From NCBI RefSeq assembly GCF_009914755.1, contig NC_060938.1: a stretch of DNA of 64,000 nucleotides. One strand, written 5' to 3'. How positions within the stretch are numbered: position 1 is the first letter of the stretch; each line of letters opens with the position of its first letter. Below are positions 27,680-43,700 of this stretch, piece after piece. Position numbers and translations under genes: made by a program. Source of the DNA: the human T2T-CHM13v2.0 reference genome, Homo sapiens. The notes under the pieces are model-generated. The model did no database searches. It worked only from the letters and a program-made list of their open reading frames with translations, and had not been told where the DNA came from.

Positions 27680-28008
<329 letters not shown>

Positions 28009-28033
28009 CAAATATGAATTTTTTAAGAAAACA

Positions 28034-28732
<699 letters not shown>

Positions 28733-30446
28733 TCAGGAAAATTTAAGTAATTTAATGAGTCTGGAATGTAAGGTACACATAGGATTTGTGGTGAAAATAA
28801 ATTAGAGAAATAAGGAGGCCTGATCCTGGTGAGTTCTGTAGCATGCTAAGGAATCTGAAGTTCTTCCTATGGCCATGGAGATCCTCTGAAAGCCTTTTAG
28901 GGAGGGGAATAACATGAATCTATTTATGTTTTAGAAAGCTCAGTCTTTGGGCAGAGTGGGCAAAGGGACAAAATACACAGGGAAAAGGCTAGGGACAGAA
29001 TGTCTTCCATGCTCCAGGCATTCAGGTGTAATTTTCACAATGTCTTTTCTCCTCTCCCTACCTGCTTGAGAATAAATGTAAGATATTTCAGTTCAAGGGT
29101 AACTATGATTACAGCAGAAAAAAAGAAGGCTTATTTCCTAGCTCTGACAAATATAAAGCAAGGGCACTGCTGTCGTCAGCTTATACCAAGCTAATGAAGT
29201 AAGCAGCTTAGCTCTCTGGATTACAGCTGTCAGAGGGAACGGAACTAGGTGATTTCCATTCCCAATTTGTGCCTGGGAAAAGCATCTTTACTGCTAAACT
29301 CATCTGGAAACTGAGGAAAAGGAAAAAAGTTAGCAACTCAACTCCATATAACATGACTTCTACATTATTCTTAAGACCTGGTTAGTAGCTAAGAATAGTC
29401 AGTAGCTAAGCACTGGTAAAAACACCCCCCTTCAGTGTCCTGTAGGGGTATAGTCATAATAACTTTGTGAACTGCTGATTTCACTTGGATCAATCTTAGA
29501 AAATATGTCTATCTGTACATTTGCATTGGCTGCTGTTTTGAATTAGGGTGGCAGAGTGAAATTAAAGTCTGCCTTGAGCTCCTTCAATTTCCTACAAAAT
29601 TTGGTACATCTCAGCCAATTTCTCCAAGTTATTATGGAACATTCAGATAAAAAAAGGAATGTAGCTGGGTGCAGTGCATGTGCCTGTAGTCCCAGCTACT
29701 CAGTAGGATGAGGTTGGAGGATTTCTTGAGCCTAGGAGGTCAAGGGTGCAGTGAGCTGTGATCATGCCACTGCATTCTAGCCTGGGCAACATAGTGAGTC
29801 CCCATCTTGAAAAAACAAAAACAAAAAAATGGGTCACGGTAAAACGAAGTCCTGATTGCTTATTAAGAGCTCCAAAGATGTAATGTTCTTCAGTGGTGCC
29901 TTTGCTTCCAGTGGGAGGGGGGCAGAGGATGGGAGAAGAAAAAAAGGAGAGCATATTCTTCTTTCATCATCTATTTGGGGTTCAACTATAGGATTGGCAC
30001 CATGGTTACTTCCTGGCCCTTGTAGTAACAACTCTGAATGGACCAGCAGCTGGGTCAGAAGCTGGACACCATCCCAGGCCAGGTAGGGAGGCGCGTGGAA
30101 GCAGACTCTAAGCAATATGCCCAAGGCCACACAAGACTCACACTGAGCATCTCATTCCAGAGACATGCTCTTAACCACTATCCGATTCTGCTGCATGTTT
30201 TGGCAGAAGGAATGAAACATGCCTTTGCTGGTGAGGGCAGTGATTTGGGATCTAGGCTAAGACTTTTCACACTCACTGAATAACAGTTGTGCAGAGTCCC
30301 CTGTTTTGACTTGACTCTGCTAGAGATGGCCCCATAGCTCAACACAGGGTTAAGTGTCAGGGGGTTATTGTCCCGCTTAAGGCTGAGTGGTCCAAGCCAG
30401 AGGAGTAAGGCAGGCACTGCCTTTTTGAGCTGTGTCCATGTCCCAC

Positions 30447-30665
30447 CTTGTTGAGAAGGTGCAGAAGAGCTTCCCGCAGGCAGCTGTGCCTCACGTAGAA
30501 GCTGATGATGGCCAGGTTGGTGCTATAGTTGTGCAGGTAGAAGAGGCATTCCTGGTAGTAGGTGTTGTTCATGATTTTCCCTTCAGGAATCACTGCCAGA
30601 GAAAGGCTCTGCGTCCGAAGGGTAGCTTCCAGTTCCCTCAGGGTGGCAAAGTAATCGTCATCTTG
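30447..30665 (-). CDS. ZFYVE26: Spastizin exon 35
   Basis: QDDDYFATLRELE...LLHLLNK, 219 nt. Confidence 0.95.
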
Positions 30666-30758
30666 CTGACAGCACAGGGAGCGAGAGAGAAAAATGAAAC
30701 TCAAAAAGTTCTCAGCAGGCACTGAAAATATTGCTTGCAAAGAATATTTAACAATGTG

Positions 30759-30856
30759 CACACCAACATGGCACATGTATACATATGTAACAAACCTGCA
30801 CGTTGTGCACATGTACCCTAGAACTTAAAGTATGATAAAAAAATAAAAAAACAAAG
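30759..30856 (+). mobile_element. ~100-bp L1PA 3' end with perfect 20-bp TSD
   Basis: TSD aaagaatatttaacaatgtg at 30739-30758 and 30857-30876. Confidence 0.93.
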
Positions 30857-31279
30857 AAAGAATATTTAACAATGTGGAAAAATGTTCATAATTTTTCAGT
30901 GTCAAAGGCAGAACAGGCAGGATACACAATTCTACATATTATGATATGGGACAACCCCAGTTTCATTAAACAACATAACATAGAAAATTCACCAGAATTT
31001 TAACACTAATCAGTCTGTGTATGGGATTATATGTCATATGTCATTTTTATCTTTTTAAAAATTGTCTCCTTTTTTTAAAAAAAATTACATCTATTACTTA
31101 TCTAACCATATATGGTTACTTATCTAACTATATGTGATGGAAAAAAAAAATTTTTAACCTGCTTGATGCTGAGCCAGGACTGACACTGTTAGCTGAATTT
31201 CCACTGATTCTTTTCCCAGGTCATTGCTATTCCTGGGTCTCCCTCCCTGAGCCAGGCACTCTTCCTGCCTTGCTCTTAC

Positions 31280-31489
31280 CAAGGATACAAAGGGCCTCAC
31301 TGTGGACTCTAGGTACTCAACCACATCCTGCACCAGCCTTGAGCCATGATTCAGCTGATTGAGGTCAAATGGGGGCTTCAGACAGCGACTGAACTTCTCC
31401 CGTGCAGCAGTGAGGTTCCCGGCTTTGAGGCAGGCCATGCCCCAAGCATGCCACGCCCCGGTGGTATCAAGCCCAGTCTTTGTGGAGAC
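31280..31489 (-). CDS. ZFYVE26: Spastizin exon 34
   Basis: VSTKTGLDTTGAWHAWGMACLK...RPFVSL, 210 nt. Confidence 0.95.
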
Positions 31490-31748
31490 CTGGGAGAAAA
31501 ATTGCCCCTTTTAGTGAGTGGTAGCTACATTCAGGCCTAAATGTCCCAAAGACCTATTCTATTCCCAAGTTGCCAACCACCTCATTCCCACTATCTGCCA
31601 TTACTTCTCTGCTGGCAAACTAGTCATGTCCCCGATTCTACCCCATGGGCAGGACAACTGAGAGACGGCAACACCTGTTTGCAAGGCTAAGCAAAAGCAA
31701 CTTGCTACAGTGGGGTGGAAGTAAGCTTTGTCTTTGTCTTTGTCTCAC

Positions 31749-31896
31749 CTCAACGCCCAGTTGGTAGTACTCGGCTTCCAAAAGCTGGTTCCTTAGCCTG
31801 GTTACTGCAGCTGGCTGCAAGATCTGATCCAAAGATGGCACGTGGCGATAGGCAGCAGCAACTAAAATATTCAGCACATCTACCTTGCTGATGTAG
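31749..31896 (-). CDS. ZFYVE26: Spastizin exon 33
   Basis: (S)YISKVDVLNILVAAAY...YQLGVE, 148 nt. Confidence 0.95.
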
Positions 31897-31935
31897 CTAC
31901 AAGGAGGAAAAGGGCAAGGCCATGAGGCTCCCTAG

Positions 31936-32297
<362 letters not shown>

Positions 32298-32440
32298 TGA
32301 GAGTTGCATAGCATAGATGTCATGAGTGAAAGCTCTGGAGTCACACTGAATTATGGCTCTATTACTTAGTAGCTCTATGACCTGGGGCAAGTTAGTTAAC
32401 CTTTCTCTGCCTTAGTTTACTCATCTGTAAAATGGATATA

Positions 32441-32767
32441 CAGTCATGTGCCACATAATGACATTTCAGTTAGCAATGAACTGCATATACAATGGTGGCC
32501 ACATAGGATCATAATATCATATTTTTACTATACTTTTTCTATATTTAGATACACAAATACCATAGTGTTACAATTGCCTACAGTATTCAGTACAGTAACA
32601 CGTTGTACAGGTTTGTAGCCTAGGAACAATAGATCATAACCTAGGTGGGTAGAAGGCTATACCCTCTGGGTTTGTGCAAGTGCACTCTATGGTGTTTGCA
32701 CAATGACGAAATCACCTGACAATGCATTTCTCAGAACATATTACTGTCGTTAAGCAATGCATGACTG
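32441..32767. mobile_element. Tigger3a/MER7-type DNA transposon inserted in a MIR
   Basis: TIRs cagtcatg...catgactg after a TA; MIR core (ctcatctgtaaaatgg) on the left and MIR tail on the right. Confidence 0.85.
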
Positions 32768-35260
32768 TGACAGTGGAGTTTTAAAGATAAAATGAAATAA
32801 CCCAAGTAAAAGGGCTTAGGATAATGTCCGGAACTTTTCTGGCACTCAATAAATGTTAGATATTAATGTTTGGAGTGGGGATGCTCAGGGGTATTTGAGG
32901 CAAGGCCTTTACACTGTATGTTAGGGGCTTACAAGTGACCCATCTGCTTTTTGGTCCTTTTGAACCCTTCTTCGTGAGTGAGAGAGCACAGATTCAGTAT
33001 CAATGGCCTGTATTCCTGGTCAGTGCACAGGCCACATCGCTACCATTCCCTGGAGATGCTGCTGGGTGGAAGCATCCTGGTCCTTCACTCTTATTCTAGA
33101 CTTGACATCCTCACCCTGGGTTAAGGATGGGCCCTCATTATAGCCTAGTAGGGCTGCCTTCTGTGATCTCACCTGATGCTTGTAAAAACCTTATAAGGAT
33201 AGAAAGCCCAGAGGGCTGGATTATACTGTCTAGTGCTGCTGAGACAAGCCTACACTCAAGGTTCCTGAATCTCGTCTCATAACTGCAGCAAAAACCTCTG
33301 TGGATCCTGACTTATCCACCAATTACCTAGAAAGGGATTCTGTACATCAGTGATTCTTAACAATGTAGGGATGGGGGAGAGGAAAGTATAGTGTATAAGA
33401 GCATCGGCACTCATAATATTTTTGCATATTTGGGAAATGAAAACATTTGTAGTAGGTGGTGAGTTTATTTTTATGTTTTTAGAGACAGGGTCTCACTACA
33501 TTGCCCAGGCTGGTCTCGAACTCCTGGCCTCGGGATCCTCTTCCCTCAGCCTCTTGAGTAGCTGGAATTACAGACAAGAGCCACTGCACCCAGCTGAGTT
33601 TTGTTTTTAAGCCTATATTTATTTATTTGTTTGTCTATCAGAAGGGGGTATGAGTTAAAAACATTAGAAAAATACTCTGAAATCCAAGAGTTTGTAAGTG
33701 ATTTGCATGGCGACACATGTGAGCAATGAATCCACTCCCATCAACAAACTGGTGCAAAGGGAAAGATTCTTAGAGTGGGCGTGTCTGAATGCAGGATCAG
33801 AGAAAAGGCTGTTTAAATAGAAACCATTGCTGTAAACTGTCAAAGACGCGCAAGACACCTTGGGGTGGGTGAGAATCCTATTAAAGTGAGGACTTCCTTA
33901 CTTTCTGCTGCCCTGAGCCTAAAAATGGATATTTCCTTCATCTGTATTACATTTTAAAGGAAATACAGGACTTGATGTGAAGTTTGTTTTCTCCCCAATC
34001 TAAATATCTTTTCCTTTTTTCATTTACATTACTGATACTTGAGATATATTTGAATATATTTTTACTTTTGCCTTAAGTCTTTTTTCATGTTTCCTTTGTT
34101 TTCCATCTTTTTTTTCCTCCTCCTATCCTTTTCTCATAATTAGGTAGATTTTTTATTCTTTTCATGGTTATTTCAAAAATTTAACACATATCTGTTTCTT
34201 CATTTATCAACTTGAAAAATGATGTAGAATCTATTACCTCTTGATATAAAGGAATCAGATTAGTTCCTTTTCACTTCCTTCTACTTTGTTTCACCTCCTC
34301 CTGCTTTTCTCAACCTTCTAGTTTTTGTTACTAAAAATAATAAAAATTACTAACATTTTCGGAATACACAGTATATACCAGGCTTAGTTCTTCACCATTT
34401 ACATGGATGATCTCATTTTATCCTCGTAACAGCCCCATGAGATCAGTATTACTACCCCATTTTATAGAGGAGGAGACTGAGGCCTAGAGGGGTTAACAGA
34501 GCTAGGAAGTCGTGAAGCTGGGATTTGCTGTGCTCCATGCTGGCTGCTGAGTCTGTAGGCAAGTATTCCAAGCAAATGTCTGAGGGAGGCAATGATACCG
34601 CAGAGAAAATTATGCTCCCTTCTCCCAAATCTGGTTAGGACTGAGTGCTGGGAACACACAATCTGAGTCACACATTTGAGTGGATAAGCAGGGAATTAGG
34701 AGTCACTGTCAGGTTAATGGATGGAGTCAAAACCGGTTGTACAGGAACCTGAGGGAGGTCTAATCATACCTTTTCCATACACACTTCTACTTTATGACCC
34801 CAGTTCCTACCTGGGACACAGGAATAGACCAATTCCCAGAGTGCTTTTTAAAATCTATTATCCAGAATTCACTGAAGTCACAGTTTGAATTTGGTCAGGA
34901 TTGGAGTAGAGTTTTGTTCAAGGCTAATCACTGGACATTCAAGGAGGACACATTTTCTTTAAAAGCCAGAAAGTCCCACAGAGACTAAAGGTGGTTCCCT
35001 ACATTGACTTTAATGACAAATCAACTAATGAAAGTCTTTACTCTCTTTCTGACTGGTATAGCTAGAGTAAACTCTGCTTTGAGGGTCTGCTCTGAAAAAG
35101 AAAAGGACACAGGGTGTCAGGTAGGACGGGGAAGAACACTTGAGATCTGGCAACACCGTTTCATCAACATTACACAGATGAAAAATCTTTCAGCATGTCT
35201 TGTCAGAGAGGATGGTGAGATAAAAAAATCACAGTGGGGTCAGAAAAAGAAGCTGGCTAG

Positions 35261-36133
<873 letters not shown>

Positions 36134-36780
36134 TAGTGCAAGTCCTTATTGCTGACTTGGACAACAATGGTCAGCTCACTTGTCTGACCACCTAGAGGAG
36201 TTTCTGCTTTAAGCCATGGACACACTGCTGCTAAATTAATATTCCTAAAGCACACTTGGAAACCTTTCATAGGCCCTTGAAACCTATCAAGTAGATAGTC
36301 CTTACTGCAGAATGTAAGGCCCTATATATAAATAATCCTTTTCAAGCCTACCTTTTATGAGCTCTCTATTAACCCTATTGACTCTATGTTCCCTTCAAAT
36401 TAAAGAGCTTCCACTTCTCCAATCATGCCCTGCAATTTTGGACACGGTGTCTTTGCTCAGATGTTTTAATTTTGTATTCTTTGTCCTTCCCCATCCCCAC
36501 TCTCCTCACGACCCCCAGCTTTCTGCTTGTCACACTCCTACCATTCTTCCAAAGCTCATCTTAAATGCTACCTCTTCCACGAAGGCTTTCCTGGTCTCCC
36601 CTTCTGCAATTCCCAAGATGTTCATTATTTTCTGCCTTAATGGATTTACTGGTTTAGCTCCCATATTATTGCACTATAAACAAGTAAAGGCCAGGTGTGT
36701 TCACCTACCTCTGTATTTCTTGTCATACTGCTACACATCATAAAGAAACTTAAGTGACCATTGCATTTTATTGCTATTAC

Positions 36781-36917
36781 CTGCTCATAGTAAAATTCAC
36801 TCCGCACCAGCTCATTTTCCTCCTCTTTGAGATCCAAAATCCATTCCACCTCATCTGCTTTGGGGACTCTCACCACAAACGAGTATGGAGGGCTTTCACT
36901 CTTGGAGCTGTCTAGAG
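36781..36917 (-). CDS. ZFYVE26: Spastizin exon 31
   Basis: (A)LDSSKSESPPYSFVVRVP...EFYYEQ, 137 nt. Confidence 0.95.
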
Positions 36918-37593
36918 CTGAGAAGAGAAATGCCATTCATGTGTCATTCACTGGCTGGCAGTTCAGTCTAACCCAGTCCAGTGAGCTGGCATGAGTTGCA
37001 GGTAGACACTTGCCTGCTATCTCAGGGCCCCTTTCTCTCTCCTTGGTTCCTTTTGTTTGCTTTAGGACACCCCACTAAGCACCTCAAACCATCTTCCCCA
37101 GGCATAGACCTGAGGCGAGTGTTACAGTATTTGTCACGTAACCTTCTTGCTTCACACAAGAAACCTTCAAAGGGGCGTGTTTCTCAAATAGATGGCTGAG
37201 CCACTGGACACTCTAAAAACTAACCTGTTGTGGACAGATACAGGCCAAACTGTTAACAGGGATTACCTAGGGGTAAGGAGGGAGCATGGGGAGGTAGGAT
37301 GGTAAAGGGAAACTTAAGAAAAACTAAAATAAAATCACCTACTAAAAAGTTAAGAACCAAATTATTTGGTTGCTGGCCTTCTCAATGCTGGAAGCTAATA
37401 GGCCAGTGTAATAGGTTAATATGATGAACTTCAGAGGAAACAGGCTGATACAAATGCCAAGAATTTGCTTTGGCAAACAAGTTGGATGGAGTGCATAAGT
37501 TGGACAAGTATATCAGTCACAGCTGATATGCTGAAGATAGAGTCAACTTAAGTACACAAATGAAGAGTCACAGAGAACGGGATTTGGCCTTAC

Positions 37594-37625
37594 CTTCTGG
37601 TTTTTCTGAAGGCTCCTCTGGTACA
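37594..37625 (-). CDS. ZFYVE26: Spastizin exon 30 (32-nt mini-exon)
   Basis: (D)VPEEPSEKPE(A); CAG/GTAAG; phases bridge exons 29 and 31. Confidence 0.92.
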
Positions 37626-38670
37626 CTGAAAACAGAGAAAGAAAAATTATTAAATAAATGCCTGAGTCACTTCTTTGTTTTGAGCTTCGTAGACAGCATC
37701 AACTTACAGTGTCTCCCTGGTACAATGGAGGGCTCTTTGAGGGTAGAATTGTTGAATGAAAGAGTCCCCCATCAATACTAACTGCCCATTTCAAATCTCA
37801 GCAGTATGGTGTGTGGGTAATTCCTCCAGGAGGGAGGGAGGCAGTGGTATGCTAGGGTCACGGAAACTGTAGAGTAAGTATGGTGTGTCTTCCTTCCTAT
37901 GCGATCAGTAATCATTATGGTAAATAATGACCAAAAATGTTCACATCAGGACAAACACAATAATGCTATGGAGGAGAATAGAAAATCTATTTAAGTTTGT
38001 AAATAAAACATGCAGAATTCAAAGTAACTGGTTTTGGATGGTTGCTTTGGCCCATATTCCTAGATGCTCTAGGAGTCTTAGGTTCATGCTTCTTTGCTAC
38101 TAGAAGTAGTGGAAACAATTGAGCAACACTGAGCCAACAAACAAAGTCTTGATCTGTCTCGCCAGAGGTATGAGCAGTTTCTGAAATTTGTTACCAGGTG
38201 AACTCTGTGTAGGCAAGTATGGAGGCTCTTCTAATTACGGATTACAAGCAAGAATGACTACCTAGATCAGAGTTGATATAAGCGATGCCCAACCATTCAG
38301 CAGGTGTGAACATGTCCATTTGAGTCCAGCTGAGACCAGTTGAAGCAAGAGAGGCTGGAAAATAGGTGAATTGGTGAACTAAGCTCAATGGCCTCTGTCT
38401 GGGGAAGGGCTAAGGAATCAAAGTCCTGATTTAAGAACATCATGTAAGAACCTTGAACACCTCTTCCTCTCACCCTACTTTCTCTCTTAGTGGTTTCTCT
38501 GACCAAAGTCAGTGTACAAACCCTTCAGTGTAGAGTTAATGGCATTTCAGTGTGAATGTTAAACATTTCTGGATTTGAAATGCTCTCATAATGAGACTCC
38601 TAGGAGTGTAGGGACCTGCGGAAGGGTGCAGCGGTCAATAATAGCAACAGCCCTGCTGTAGGACACTCAC

Positions 38671-38807
38671 TCTTTGTTGCAGTAACTATAGCACTGATCA
38701 CACACACGAGCAGGGTTCTCTCTGCAGCCTTCAACCACCATTTTCTTAGTGGAGCAGGAGCTGCACACTAGCCGGCCACAGCGGCGACAATGATGACGCC
38801 TGTTAAA
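38671..38807 (-). CDS. ZFYVE26: Spastizin exon 29, FYVE domain core
   Basis: FNRRHHCRRCGRLVCSSCS...RVCDQCYSYCNK: RRHHCR PI3P-binding motif and RVC motif. Confidence 0.98.
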
Positions 38808-39258
38808 CTGAGGAATGCCATCAGGAGGAGAAGAAAGAGGGAGGAGAGAAGGGGAGATTGCCATCAATCCATTTATACATGATATTAACTACCAGTGGCT
38901 TATACTTTCTAAGAACACCAACTGCTTGGGTCTCTATTGGAAAAGGACACACCAGTCCTTGCCCTCAAAAATTGAATGTTTAAAAATATCTGTCAGCTGA
39001 TGGGCAAAGGTGCGAAGTCATGGAGCTTTGCAATAGCTCCTGACAAGTTCTACTTGTGTATGGAGGCAACATGTGGAAAAACAAGAAAAAGTAGTGGAGA
39101 AGAAGTCACTTTCTAAGCCAGTGCAGATCACATTTCTACATGGTATTGATGACAATGATTAAAAAGTATCCCTTTCAAAATGCCTTTATTTGTTTTCCCC
39201 AGGGTTATTTTAGCAGGTGCCATTTGTAACACATGATAAACATGAAGCAAGACTTTTA

Positions 39259-39579
<321 letters not shown>

Positions 39580-40039
39580 TTAGGTACAATTTAATTTTAC
39601 ACACAAATTCTTAATTTGTATCAGTCAATTCAGAATGTCTCATCAGTCTTCTCCAAATTATATACCTTCTCTATACATCCATATTCTGATGTGTGTAATA
39701 TAGTAATAATATTACCAAGCTCATCAGGTTATTGTAAAATTTAAGAGAGATAACTTAAGCAAAGCACTTAGTATCATGCCTGGAACATATACAGTAGGCA
39801 GTCAATAAAGGCCAACTGTTGTCATTATTAGAATTTAAAGATTAGAAACTCTTTCTATAGTCTACCCTATATGTAAGTAAACCTTCTATATGGTGGTTTC
39901 AAAGCTAGAGAGCAGCTTGTCATGCAAAACTCCTTTTGGTGGCTTGTCATATGTCTCAACAAGCCACAACCAATTGTCCTCCTTGAAGATTTGTAAGTTT
40001 AAATAAGGAAAATACCTGACTTTGCTTTCCTAATATCTT

Positions 40040-40460
40040 TTTTTTTTTAAATCAACTTTTATTTTAGGTTCAGGGGCACATGTGCAGGTTTGTTACATAG
40101 GTAAACTCGTGACTCAGGGGTTTAGTGTACAGATTATTTTGTCACCTGGGTAGTAAGCATGGTACCTAGCAGTTTTTCTTCCCTGAACTTCTCCCTCCTT
40201 CCACCCTCCTCTGTCTCAAGTACACTCCGTGTCTGTTGTTCCCCTTTTTCTGTCCATGTGTTCTCAGTATTTAGCTCTCACTTAAAATTGAGAACATGTG
40301 GTATTTGGTTTTCCATTCCTGTGTTAGTTTGCTTTGGATAATGACCTCTGGTTCCATCCATGTTCCTGCAAAAGATATGATCTTGTTCTTTTTTATGGCT
40401 GCATGGTATTCCATGGTGTATATGTACCACTTTTCTTTATCCAGTCTACAGTGGATGGGC
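40040..40460 (-). mobile_element. Older L1PA/PB 3' fragment
   Basis: acatgtgcaggtttgttacataggtaaac...ttttttatggctgcatggtattccatgg. Confidence 0.85.
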
Positions 40461-41122
40461 ATCAAAGTGACTTTAAAGTACTGCTTCATTTCATTCTAAT
40501 AGAAATATTACACCTCTTTTATAGATGAGGAGGAAACAGACACAGAGCAATTACATCACCATCGTTTTCATCAGCGTTGAGCTGATGTGGCATACTGGGC
40601 AGGTACTGCGTTAAGTATGGTGACACATATTATCATATTTAATCCTAACAGCTCCATGAGCCTAAGAATATATCATCCTTAGTTTACAAGTAGGCACATG
40701 AGACCAAAATAGTGTATAGTCACACTGTCATTAAGAGGCAGAGCCAGGATTAGAACCCAGGCCCTCTGTCTCCTGAGTCAGTGCATATAACCACTGCTGG
40801 GTCACCAGTCTTACTGTCAAAGACATGGGAGCCAGAAACAAGATCCACTGACACCTGGTGACTCCTCCTGCCTCTTTTTTATTATCTCATGACAATGGCA
40901 AAGATTTTAGAATTTATGGCTGTTTGAGGGTGTCTACTACCTGTCTGAATCCAGAAAATACATTCTGGTCAGGTCAAAAATGAACCCAAAGTCTTAGATT
41001 TGGCAGTTCTGAAAATACCGATATTCTCCTGGGGACAGGCGGTGACTGTAAACTCAGGCTCATGAACTAGAATTCTCCTTTACCTTCTCCTGAGGGTGAC
41101 AGTGGAGACCGATGCTGCTTAC

Positions 41123-41286
41123 CATGGTGAAGTGCTCCCTGCAGCAGACCATGCAGATACTCTCAGTCTCATCCGGTACCCACTGGTGCCTGGCAGGGGG
41201 TGTCGCTGGGGGCACAAATTCCTGTGAGGGCTGGGTTGGTGGGAAACTCCTTTCCCTTAGACTAGGGGAATGTATACTGGAGATAC
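41123..41286 (-). CDS. ZFYVE26: Spastizin exon 28, FYVE N-terminal WxxD motif
   Basis: (G)ISSIHSPSLRE...WVPDETESICMVCCREHFTM, 164 nt. Confidence 0.97.
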
Positions 41287-41729
41287 CTGGGAGGCAGAGC
41301 CAGAGGTCAGAGTAAAAGGTAATCAATATACCAGCTTATAGATGAAGAGGGAATGATAGAATTTTACCATTTTACAAACCGTTATTGAAAGAATAGATCC
41401 AGTTAATGATCATCAGTGACTGTTTGTGTCATAAAAGAGAGACAACTGAACATTGTGTGCCTCCTGATGGATGTGTACACCACCTGCTATCAAGTATACT
41501 TACTAAAAAATATTAAGCCTGAATCAAGTCCAGCTTCTAGACCTAACTACAAGTGTCCTGGAAATTCTGGGGATGAAGACGCAGATTGCCACAGGAAGGC
41601 AGTCAGCAAAATCCAGCATGTGGGAAGCTCCGGGGAACAAATGACTAGTCTCCTCCACAAATAAAAAAGAGGTAGGGGGGATAAACAAGAAAAGAGGCAG
41701 GGAACCTATTGATTAAAGGCGCTTTAAGA

Positions 41730-42053
41730 GGCTGGTGCAGTGGCTCATGCCAGTAATCCCAGCACTTTGGGAGGGTGAGGCAGGAGAATCACTTGAGGCC
41801 AGGAGTTCAAAACCAGCCTGGGCAACTAGGCTGTCTCCATAGATGGATAGCAAGACTCCATCTATACAAAAGAAAAAAATACAGAAGTTAGCCAGACATG
41901 GTGGTGTGTGCATGTAGTCCCAGCTACTAGGGAGGCTGAGGTGGGAGGATTGCTTGAGCCCAGGAGTTCAAGGTTATAGTAGCCATGATCATACTACTGC
42001 ACTCTGGCCTGGATGACAGAGGGAGACTCTCTTAAAAAAGAAAAAGAAAAAAA
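41730..42053 (+). mobile_element. AluJ with a small internal insertion
   Basis: Dimer; extra ~20 nt after gcctgggcaac. Confidence 0.9.
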
Positions 42054-42347
42054 GATTTAAGAGATATTTCACCAAATGCCATGCCATGTATGGACATTAT
42101 TTAGATCTTGAGTCTGGAAAAAACAACTATAAAAAAATCTTGATGAGACAGCTGGAGAAATTTGAATACTGACTTGATATTTGAGAATAATAAGGAATTA
42201 TTATGAATTTGTTTCTAGATGTGATAATGGTATTATGGCTTTGTTTTATGAAAGTCCTTACCTTTCAGAGATTTATACTGAAATATTTATAAATGAAATG
42301 ATGTGATATCTGGTATTTGCAAATTTTCCATAATAAAAACTCATATA

Positions 42348-42628
42348 GGCTGGGTGCAGATTATGCCTGTAATCCCAGCACTTTGGGAGGCCAAGGTGGG
42401 AGGATCACTTGAGTTCAAGAGTTCGAGACCAGCCTAGACAACAAAGCAAGATCCTGTCTCTACAAAAAATAAAATAATTAACCAGGCAATGGTGGTGTGT
42501 GCCTGTAGTCCTAGCTACTTGGGAAGCTGGGGCAGGAGGAACTGACCTGCAGTGAGCTCTGATGGCACCACTGCACTCTAGCCTGGGCAACAGAGTGAGA
42601 TCCTGTCTCCAAAAAAAAAAAAAAAAAG

Positions 42629-42660
<32 letters not shown>
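42348..42660 (+). mobile_element. AluJ followed by a (CA)~15 microsatellite (42630-42660)
   Basis: Dimer, A-tail, CA repeat. Confidence 0.92.
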
Positions 42661-42662
<2 letters not shown>

Positions 42663-43311
42663 CAAAGCTGCTCAGGCTGCCATTTATGCTCAGGCTGCCA
42701 TTTATACAGATGCATGAAGCTGCTCATATACTTGCAAGGCTGAGCCCTCCCCTCAGCTCGGCTGGTTACCATGAAGCATGGCTAATTCTCAAAGTATGGC
42801 CAGAAAATGCCACAGTCTGCTTTATGATATGTAAAGAGATTTCTTACCATTTAGCAGAGCAACACTGGCTGGTCACAGAAAAAGAGAGATGTAAAACATA
42901 GTGACTCTTAGTAGCACTCAGAAGAAGAGACCTTAGAATCCTGCTCCTTTGACCATTTGGCAAAACAAAACACTTGGCTGAGCTTCTTTCGAGAGTAGGC
43001 CATTGTGTGGGGGCTGGAGACCAGGGGACTGGTGAAAAGGGTGACCAAGACATGGCTGAGGGCTTCAAGGAGCTTGTGCTTTGTGTGTGACAGTATGAAC
43101 TTGAGGGCTAAGTACGGTCAAGCCTCATTAATACTAGATTGCATATTTGTAAAGTTGCTTGTTTGTTAACATTTGTAACCTCAAAAACAATACTCATCTT
43201 GCTTTTGTGGTCATTTGCAAACACATGCGGTCATGAAAGTTTTGAGTCACCCAATACTCAACACTCAAATTCCCAACTGAGGTTGTTTCAACCTCTATAC
43301 AACAGTGACCT

Positions 43312-43700
<389 letters not shown>

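Noticed and set aside
30357-30812. ORF extending exon 35 upstream into the L1 fragment
   Set aside because: Chance open frame through the intron; the acceptor at 30666-30668 already gives the correct phase
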